Below, one piece after another: positions 21,463 to 28,369 of a stretch of 64,000 bases of DNA. The notes beneath the pieces were generated by a model, which saw only the letters and a list, made by a program, of their open reading frames with translations, was not told the DNA's origin and did not search any database. The DNA is from Usitatibacter sp. (GTDB lineage: Bacteria; Pseudomonadota; Gammaproteobacteria; Burkholderiales; Usitatibacteraceae). Location of the stretch: positions 9,500 through 73,499 of the forward strand of contig DASRRY010000047.1 in the NCBI GenBank assembly GCA_035656735.1, given 5' to 3'. Position numbers and translations under genes: made by a program. The number at the start of each line of letters is the position of its first letter. Position 1 is the stretch's first letter.

Positions 21463-23186
21463 TGCGCACGATCCACACCGACATCCTGATCCTCGGGTCC
21501 GGCGGCGCGGGACTCTTCGCCGCGCTGCACGCGCACCAGGCGAATCCCGGCCTCTCGATCACGGTCGCGGTGAAGGGCCTGCTCGGCAAGTGCGGCTGCA
21601 CGCGGATGGTGCAGGGCGGCTACAACGTGGCGCTCGCGGCCGGCGACTCGGTCGAGCGCCATTTCATGGACACGATCGAGGGCGGCAAGTGGCTCCCCGA
21701 CCAGGAGCTCGCGTGGACGCTCGTCACCAAGGCGATCGAGCGCATCCATGAGCTCGAGAACGAGCTCGGCTGCTTCTTCGACCGCAATCCCGACGGCACC
21801 GTGCACCAGAAGGCCTTCGCGGGCCAGACCTTCGATCGCACCGTGCACAAGGGCGACCTGACCGGCATCGAGATCATCAACCGCCTCTCGGAGCAGGTGT
21901 GGTCGCGCGGCATCGCCCGTCTCGAGGAGCATCGCGCCATCGAGCTGGTGAAGACGGCGGACGGATCGGCGCTCGCCGGCGTGCTCATGATCGACATGCC
22001 CACCGGCGCTTTCACCTTCGTGCAGGCGAAGGCGGTGCTGCTCGCCACCGGCGGCGGCCCCACGATGTACCGCTTCCATACCCCCTCGGGCGACAAGAGC
22101 TGCGACGGCCTCGCCATGGCGCTGCGCGCGGGCCTCGAGCTGCGCGACATGGAGATGGTGCAGTTCCATCCGACGGGGCTGCTCGCCGGCGCGCATACGC
22201 GCATGACGGGCACCGTGCTGGAGGAAGGGCTGCGCGGCGCGGGCGGATACCTGCTCGGCGGCGACCGCCAGCGCTTCATGCAGAAATACGACCCGAGGAA
22301 CGAGCGCGCCACCCGCGACATCGTCTCGCGCTCCATCTTCCGCGAGATGCGCGACGGCAACGTGACGCCCAACGGCGGCGTCTACCTGCAGATGCACCAC
22401 CTCGGTCCCGCGGAGGTGCGCCGCCAGTTCAAGGGCATGGTCGAGCGCTGCGCCGATTGCGGCTTCGATCTCGCGGGCGGCCTGGTCGAGGTCGTGCCGA
22501 CCGCGCACTACATGATGGGCGGCGTGGTCTTTCGCGTCGATGGGGCGACGAGGCTCGCCGGCCTCTTCGCGGCGGGCGAGGACACGGGCGGTGTGCACGG
22601 AGCCAACCGCCTGGGCGGCAACGGCGTCGCCAACTCCACGGTCTTCGGCGGCATCGCGGGCGAGGCCATGGCGGCATGGGTCGCGCGCGAGGGCAGGCTG
22701 CGCGAGCCGGACCGCGAGGCGATCGCATCCAGCATCGCCGCGCACGAGCAGCCCTTCACGCTGCCGCCCGGCGACCTGGGCGCCATCCGGGAAGAGCTCT
22801 ACGCCTGCATGTGGGACGACGTCGGCATCCTGCGCACGGCGGGCGGGCTCAAGCGCGCGCTCTCGCGCCTGCAGGCGCTGGACGAGGCGCTCGCGCGAAC
22901 CGGCGTCGCCGACGGCGATCGCGTGTTCAACCTCACGTGGCACGACTGGATGAACTTGAGGAGCCTGGTGGCGGTGAGCCGCGTGATCGCGACCGCGGCG
23001 CTGGCCCGCGAGGACTCGCGCGGCGCCCATTTCCGCGAGGACTTTCCCGACGCCGGCCCCATCGCGACCTCGGACTACACCGTGGTGCGCGCGACCGCGT
23101 CGGGGCTCGAGCTCGCGCGCGAGCCGGTGCGCTTCACGCGCGTGAAGCCCGGCGAGACGCTGGTGCGCGAGGCCGCGACGGCGTGA
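21459..23186 (+). CDS. Sdh/Frd/L-aspartate-oxidase-family FAD flavoprotein subunit
   Basis: ATG at 21459 overlaps the beta-subunit stop (ATGA). Dinucleotide fold ILILGSGGAG. Also FHPTG, ERATRDIVSR, PTAHYMMGG, GEDTGGVHGANRLGGN, and the C-terminal EDSRGAHFRED. Confidence 0.9.
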   Translation: MMRTIHTDILILGSGGAGLFAALHAHQANPGLSITVAVKGLLGKCGCTRMVQGGYNVALAAGDSVERHFMDTIEGGKWLPDQELAWTLVTKAIERIHELENELGCFFDRNPDGTVHQKAFAGQTFDRTVHKGDLTGIEIINRLSEQVWSRGIARLEEHRAIELVKTADGSALAGVLMIDMPTGAFTFVQAKAVLLATGGGPTMYRFHTPSGDKSCDGLAMALRAGLELRDMEMVQFHPTGLLAGAHTRMTGTVLEEGLRGAGGYLLGGDRQRFMQKYDPRNERATRDIVSRSIFREMRDGNVTPNGGVYLQMHHLGPAEVRRQFKGMVERCADCGFDLAGGLVEVVPTAHYMMGGVVFRVDGATRLAGLFAAGEDTGGVHGANRLGGNGVANSTVFGGIAGEAMAAWVAREGRLREPDREAIASSIAAHEQPFTLPPGDLGAIREELYACMWDDVGILRTAGGLKRALSRLQALDEALARTGVADGDRVFNLTWHDWMNLRSLVAVSRVIATAALAREDSRGAHFREDFPDAGPIATSDYTVVRATASGLELAREPVRFTRVKPGETLVREAATA

Positions 23187-23190
23187 GCCG

Positions 23191-24804
23191 ATGAGCGCGC
23201 CGAAGCGCCGCGGCGCCGACGCCCTCGCCCGCACGCTGCGGCGTTCGGGCGTGCGCCGCATCTTCACGCTTTCGGGCAACCACGTCATGCCGGTCTTCGA
23301 CGCGGCGCTCGACGCGGGGCTGGATCTCGTGCACGTGCGCCACGAGGCCGCGGCGGTGCACATGGCCGACGCGTGGGCGCGCCTCACGGGCGAGGTGGGC
23401 GTGGCGCTGGTGACGGGCGGTCCCGGCCACGCGAACGCGGTCGGCGCGCTCTACACCGCCGCGATGGCGGAAGCGCCCGTGCTGCTGCTCTCCGGCCACG
23501 CGCCGCTGGCGCAGCTCGGCCGCGGCGCCTTCCAGGAGATGCGCCAGGCCGAGATCGCGGTGCCGCTCACCAAGGCCGCGGGGACCGCGCAGCGCGCCGA
23601 CACGCTGGCGCGCGAAGTCGTCCAGGCCATGGCGCTCGCCGCGAGCGGGCGCGCGGGCCCCGTCCACGTGAGCCTGCCGCAAGACGTGCTGGAAGCGGGC
23701 GCACCGGATGACGATGCGGCGTACGCGGCGCGGCCCGCGCCGGCCGCGACCTTCGATGCGGCCGCCTTCCTCGCCCCGATGCAGCGCGCGCGGCGCCCGC
23801 TCATCCTCTGCGGGCCGTCGTGCATGTCGCATGAAGGCCGGGCGCGCATGCGTGCCCTGGAGGAAGCGAGCGGCATTCCCGTGGTCGGCATGGAAAGCCC
23901 GCGCGGCATCGCGGACCCGGCTCTCGGCGCCTTCGCGCAGCTGCTCGCGACGGCCGATCGCGTGCTTCTCCTCGGCAAGCGCCTGGACTTCACGCTGCGC
24001 TTCGGCGCGCCGCCCGCCTTCGACGCGGCCTGCGAGTTCCTGCAGCTCGATCCCGAGACGGCGGAGATCGAGCGCACGGCCCGCGCCGTGGGCAACCGCA
24101 TCGTGGCGAGCGCGGTCGCCGACATTCGCGCGTCGCTGGAGGCCCTCACGCGCGCGGCGCGCGTCGCCGAGTCGGGCTGGCTCGGCGAGGTGCGCGACGC
24201 CATCGCTTTCCGCCCGGCGGCGTGGGATGGCGCACGGGCGTCGCAGCCGGGCCGCCTGCATCCCGTGCAGGCATTGCGTCCGCTGCAGGCGCTCCTCGAC
24301 GCCCATCCGCGCAGCGTCTTCATCGCCGACGGCGGCGAGTTCGGCCAATGGGCGCAAGCCTGCCTGGACGCGCCGCATCGCGTGATCAACGGGATGGCCG
24401 GCTCGATCGGGGCCGGGCTGCCCTTCGCGCTCGCCGCGCGCCTGGCGCAACCGGAGGCGCCCGTGATCGCGGCGCTCGGCGACGGGACGTTCGGTTTCCA
24501 CTGCGCGGAGATCGATACCGCCGTGCGCTACGGGCTGCCCTTCGTGGCCGTGGTCGGCAACGACGCGCGCTGGAACGCCGAATACCAGATCCAGCTGCGG
24601 GACTATGGAGCCGGGCGCCTCGTGGGATGCGAGCTGCTGCCCGCGCGCTATGAGCGGGTGGCGCAGGGCTTCGGCGCGCACGGCGAGAGCGTGACCGACG
24701 GCGCGTCGCTGCTGCCCGCCGCGCAGCGCGCGATGGCGTCCTCACGGCCCGCGGTGCTGAACGTGATGATCGAGGGCCTCGCCGCGCCCGACGTGCGGCG
24801 CTAG
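23191..24804 (+). CDS. Thiamine-diphosphate-dependent enzyme (acetolactate synthase / oxalyl-CoA decarboxylase-like family)
   Basis: N-terminal Pyr domain (IFTLSGNHVMPVFDA, VTGGPGHANA) and a C-terminal ThDP motif GDGTFGF...VVGNDARWN. Confidence 0.9.
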   Translation: MSAPKRRGADALARTLRRSGVRRIFTLSGNHVMPVFDAALDAGLDLVHVRHEAAAVHMADAWARLTGEVGVALVTGGPGHANAVGALYTAAMAEAPVLLLSGHAPLAQLGRGAFQEMRQAEIAVPLTKAAGTAQRADTLAREVVQAMALAASGRAGPVHVSLPQDVLEAGAPDDDAAYAARPAPAATFDAAAFLAPMQRARRPLILCGPSCMSHEGRARMRALEEASGIPVVGMESPRGIADPALGAFAQLLATADRVLLLGKRLDFTLRFGAPPAFDAACEFLQLDPETAEIERTARAVGNRIVASAVADIRASLEALTRAARVAESGWLGEVRDAIAFRPAAWDGARASQPGRLHPVQALRPLQALLDAHPRSVFIADGGEFGQWAQACLDAPHRVINGMAGSIGAGLPFALAARLAQPEAPVIAALGDGTFGFHCAEIDTAVRYGLPFVAVVGNDARWNAEYQIQLRDYGAGRLVGCELLPARYERVAQGFGAHGESVTDGASLLPAAQRAMASSRPAVLNVMIEGLAAPDVRR

Positions 24805-24921
24805 GGCCGCCGCGAGCCCCATCGGGCGTTTGTGGAATACTGGGATCGAACGCGTTGTTCTCCGTGCGCCGGACTGGGGTCCGGCCGCACCCACCCGGTC
24901 CACCACACAAGGAGAAAGGCA

Positions 24922-25374
24922 ATGCGAATCGTCACCTGTACGGGAATCGGCCTCGCCATGGCGCTCGCTGGAGGATGCTCGACGATGCACTCGATGATGG
25001 GAGGAGAGGAGGGCGAGAAGGTCGCGCTCTCCGGGTCGAACGAGGTGCCGGCGGTGAACACGTCGGCCAAGGGCAGCGGCACGGTGACCGTCGGCGCCGA
25101 TTGCAGCGTGAAGGCGGACATCAAGGTGAGCGGCATGACGGCCACCGCCGCGCACATCCACCAGGGCGCTCCCGGTGCCAACGGCAAGGTCCTGGTGCCG
25201 TTCGTGAAGGAGGGCGATGACCGCTTCGTCGCCCCCGAGGGCGCCAAGCTCGATACACAGGGCTGCGCCGATTACCGCGCGGGCAGGACGTACGTGAACG
25301 TCCACAGCGACGCCCACAAGGGCGGCGAGATCCGCGCCCCGCTCAAGGGCACGGGCGGGCACGGTGGCGCGTAG
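24922..25374 (+). CDS. CHRD-domain lipoprotein
   Basis: SD AAGGAGAAAGG. Lipobox LAGGC. CHRD-like segments LSGSNEVPAVNTSAKGSGTV, AAHIHQGAPGANG and YVNVHSDAHKGGEIR. Confidence 0.75.
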   Translation: MRIVTCTGIGLAMALAGGCSTMHSMMGGEEGEKVALSGSNEVPAVNTSAKGSGTVTVGADCSVKADIKVSGMTATAAHIHQGAPGANGKVLVPFVKEGDDRFVAPEGAKLDTQGCADYRAGRTYVNVHSDAHKGGEIRAPLKGTGGHGGA

Positions 25375-25873
25375 GATCGCGCCCGCGGTGCTGCTCGCGG
25401 CGGCGCTTCCCGCCGCCGCGGGCCCCGCGCTGGTGAACGAGCCCGCGCTTTCCACGGATGCCGCGATGCAGGCCGCCCAGGCCGCGCTCGCGGCGTGCCG
25501 CAAGGAAGGCCGGCACGTGAGCGTGACGGTCGTCGACGCCGCGGGCCGCACGAAGGTCTCGGTGCGCGACGACGGCGCGGCACCGCACACCGCCGAGCAC
25601 AGCTATCGCAAGGCGTACACCGCGTTGAGCTACCGCATGCCCTCGGCCGATTACGGCAAGCGCGCCGCGCAGGCGAAGGGCATCGCGATCGGCCCGCAGC
25701 TGCTGCCCGGCATCACGAGTGCCGCGGGCGGCGTGCCGATCAGGGCCGGCGGCACCACCATCGCGGCGATCGGCGTCTCGGGCACGCCCGCGAGCGCCGG
25801 CGGCGGCGAGGGCGACGCGGGCTGCGCCGCCGCGGGCGTGGAGCGCATCGCCGCCGATCTCGCGGCGCAGTGA
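25364..25873 (+). CDS. GlcG/HbpS-family (DUF336) protein with signal peptide
   Basis: [29 protein letters not shown] and GGVPI...[11 protein letters not shown] motifs. N-terminal hydrophobic leader. The GTG start overlaps the CHRD gene by 11 nt. Confidence 0.75.
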   Translation: MARRIAPAVLLAAALPAAAGPALVNEPALSTDAAMQAAQAALAACRKEGRHVSVTVVDAAGRTKVSVRDDGAAPHTAEHSYRKAYTALSYRMPSADYGKRAAQAKGIAIGPQLLPGITSAAGGVPIRAGGTTIAAIGVSGTPASAGGGEGDAGCAAAGVERIAADLAAQ

Positions 25874-25874
25874 A

Positions 25875-26342
25875 TCAGCGCGGGATGGGGGAGAGGTCCT
25901 CGTCGGCCGCCTCGACCGCATCCTTGGACACGGCCGGATCGCGGTTCACCGCCGCCGCGACGAGCCCCAGGATGACGGCGGCGATCGTGTCGAACACGAT
26001 CTGCTTCGCGACCAGCGCCGGTGGCAGCGGCTGCACGGCATAGTAGATCAGGTACGTGGGCACCACGGCATAGAGCGAGATGGCGAGCCCGAAACGCAGG
26101 CCCTGGCCCGGCCACGGACGGTCGCTGCGGCCCACGCGGTAGAGCCACGTGATGCCCACCGCCATGAAGACGTGGGCGAGCAGCATGAACGGGAAGTAGG
26201 CCTGCGCGTCGGTCTCGGCGCGGAAGAGGCGCGGGGTGAGCGACGCGTAGTCGCGGCCCAGCAACAGGCCATGGACCCCGAAATCGAGCGCCATGGCGAC
26301 GACGAACATCACGACCACCGAGATCCAGAAACGCTTGCTCAT
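25875..26342 (-). CDS. Hypothetical inner-membrane protein (about four TM helices)
   Basis: [28 protein letters not shown]... with a hydrophobic helical pattern and good codon bias. No family recognised with confidence. Confidence 0.65.
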   Translation of the reverse strand: MSKRFWISVVVMFVVAMALDFGVHGLLLGRDYASLTPRLFRAETDAQAYFPFMLLAHVFMAVGITWLYRVGRSDRPWPGQGLRFGLAISLYAVVPTYLIYYAVQPLPPALVAKQIVFDTIAAVILGLVAAAVNRDPAVSKDAVEAADEDLSPIPR

Positions 26343-26471
26343 CGCGGCCTCCTCGTGAGTGGCGAAACGGGCGGGTGCTTCCGGAATGCGGCCACATCAT
26401 GCGCCCGGCGACACGGCACGCGCAACTCGCACGCCCCGGCGCGGTCGGAACCTGATTCGACGGAGGGCATC

Positions 26472-27455
26472 ATGGAAAAGCGCACGTTGGGTGGCAGGCT
26501 CGAGGTTTCCGCGATCGGCCTCGGATGCATGGGCATGTCGGACTTCTATGGCGGCCGCGACGACGCCGAGTCGATCGCGACGATCCACCGCGCGCTCGAC
26601 CTGGGTGTCAACTTCCTCGACACCGCCGACATGTACGGCATGGGGCGCAACGAGGAGCTCGTGGGCCGCGCGATCCGGGGACGGCGCGACGGCGTGGTGC
26701 TCGCGACCAAGTTCGGCAACGTGCGCGGCGAGGACGGCAGCTTCCGCGGCGTGAACGGCAAGCCCGAATACGTGAAGAGCGCCTGCGAGGCGAGCCTGAA
26801 GCGCCTGGGCGTCGAAGTGATCGACCTCTACTACCAGCATCGCGTCGATCCGCAAACCCCGATCGAGGAGACGGTCGGCGCGATGGCGGAGCTCGTGACG
26901 CAGGGCAAGGTGCACCACCTCGGCCTGTCGGAGGCGGCCGCGGAGACGGTGCGCCGCGCGCACAAGGTGCATCCGATCACGGCGCTCCAGACCGAGTACT
27001 CGCTCTGGAGCCGGGACGTGGAGGACGGCATTCTCGAGACCGTGCGCGAGCTGGGCATCGGCTTCGTGGCCTACTCGCCGCTCGGGCGCGGTTTCCTCAC
27101 CGGCCGCTACAAGTCGCCGGACGATTTCGACCGCGACGATTTCCGCCACAACCATCCGCGCTTCACCGGCGAGAACTTCGCGCGCAACCTCCGGCTGGTG
27201 GACGAGGTGACGCGCATCGCCGCGGAGAAAGGGTGCACGCCATCGCAGCTGGCGCTCGCCTGGGTCCTCGCGCAGGGCGATGACATCGTGCCGATTCCCG
27301 GAACCAAGCATCGCGAGTACCTCGAGGAGAACGTCGAGGCCGTGAACGTGCGGCTCACGCGGGCGGACCTCGATCGCCTCGAGCGCGTCTTCCCCCGGGG
27401 TGCCGCGGCCGGCACGCGCTATCCCGCGCAGGGCATGCAGGCGCTGAACCGCTGA
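26472..27455 (+). CDS. Aldo/keto reductase
   Basis: [52 protein letters not shown] and [13 protein letters not shown]. Start trimmed to ATG 26472 inside track ORF 25719..27455. Confidence 0.9.
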   Translation: MEKRTLGGRLEVSAIGLGCMGMSDFYGGRDDAESIATIHRALDLGVNFLDTADMYGMGRNEELVGRAIRGRRDGVVLATKFGNVRGEDGSFRGVNGKPEYVKSACEASLKRLGVEVIDLYYQHRVDPQTPIEETVGAMAELVTQGKVHHLGLSEAAAETVRRAHKVHPITALQTEYSLWSRDVEDGILETVRELGIGFVAYSPLGRGFLTGRYKSPDDFDRDDFRHNHPRFTGENFARNLRLVDEVTRIAAEKGCTPSQLALAWVLAQGDDIVPIPGTKHREYLEENVEAVNVRLTRADLDRLERVFPRGAAAGTRYPAQGMQALNR

Positions 27456-27509
27456 GCGACGAACCTGCCGTCGGCGGATAATGGCCCGGCGTCAGTCGTG
27501 GAGGATGCG

Positions 27510-27701
27510 ATGGACCGAACCGCGAACCCGCCCTGCAACGCGCGCGAGGCATTGATCGCGCGCCTGGATGCCATCGCCGCGGAGCTGCGCGAGTATCCGC
27601 AGCCCATCGCGCGCTGCGACGCCCAGCTGGGCGCCCTCATCGAGGAGCAGGACCGGCTGCGCTCGGAGCTGGCGCGGCTCGCTCAGGCGAGCAGCCGGTA
27701 A
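27510..27701 (+). CDS. Small hypothetical coiled-coil protein with two Cys (63 aa)
   Basis: Within track ORF 27498..27701. ATG 27510 follows GGAGGA. Sequence MDRTANPPCNAREALIARLDAIAAELREYPQPIARCDAQLGALIEEQDRLRSELARL. The 3' end overlaps the kdpE 3' end by 19 nt. Confidence 0.4.
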   Translation: MDRTANPPCNAREALIARLDAIAAELREYPQPIARCDAQLGALIEEQDRLRSELARLAQASSR

Positions 27702-28369
27702 CCCACCGCCGTCTCCGTGAGGAGATGCCGCGGCTGCGCGGGATCGTCCTCGAGCTTCTGGCGCAGGTGCGCCATGTACACGCGCGCGTAGTGCGGCTGG
27801 TCCGCGCCCGCCGGTCCCCAGACCTCGCGCAGGATCTGGCGATGGGTGAGCACCTTCCCCGCGTTCGCGATCAATAGCGAGAGCAGGCGGAATTCGACGG
27901 GCGTGAGGTGCACCTCCTGCGCACCGCGCTTCACGGTTCGCGCCTCGAGGTCCACCTCCACGGAGCCGAAGCGGAAGGTGCGCGCGAGCTCCCCGGGCGG
28001 CTGGCGGCGGCGGCGCACCGTCGCACGCACGCGCGCGAGCAGCTCGCCCACCCCGAAGGGCTTCGTGAGGTAGTCGTCCGCTCCCGCGTCGAGCGCGGCG
28101 ATCTTGTCGCTCTCGCCCGCGCGCGCCGAGAGCACGATGACCGGCACCGCGGACCAGCCGCGCAGCTCGCGGATGAGCGCGACACCATCGCCGTCGGGCA
28201 GGCCGAGATCGACGATCACGAGGTCGGGCTTGCGCGTGCCGGCATCGATGAGGCCCTGCCTGTAGGTGCCGGTCTCGTGCACGTGCCAACCCTCGGCTTC
28301 GAGCGCCGTGCGCACGAAGCGCCGGATCTGGGGCTCGTCCTCGATGAGGAGCGCGGCCGGCGTGGTCAT
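27683..28369 (-). CDS. kdpE: KdpE, OmpR-family response regulator of the Kdp system
   Basis: Receiver LLIEDEP, VIVDLGLPDGDG, VLSAR, YLTKPF. Winged-helix C-terminal domain (LTPVEFRLLSLLIANAGKVLTHRQIL, VGYRL). Start overlaps the kdpD stop (ATGA). Confidence 0.9.
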   Translation of the reverse strand: MTTPAALLIEDEPQIRRFVRTALEAEGWHVHETGTYRQGLIDAGTRKPDLVIVDLGLPDGDGVALIRELRGWSAVPVIVLSARAGESDKIAALDAGADDYLTKPFGVGELLARVRATVRRRRQPPGELARTFRFGSVEVDLEARTVKRGAQEVHLTPVEFRLLSLLIANAGKVLTHRQILREVWGPAGADQPHYARVYMAHLRQKLEDDPAQPRHLLTETAVGYRLLA

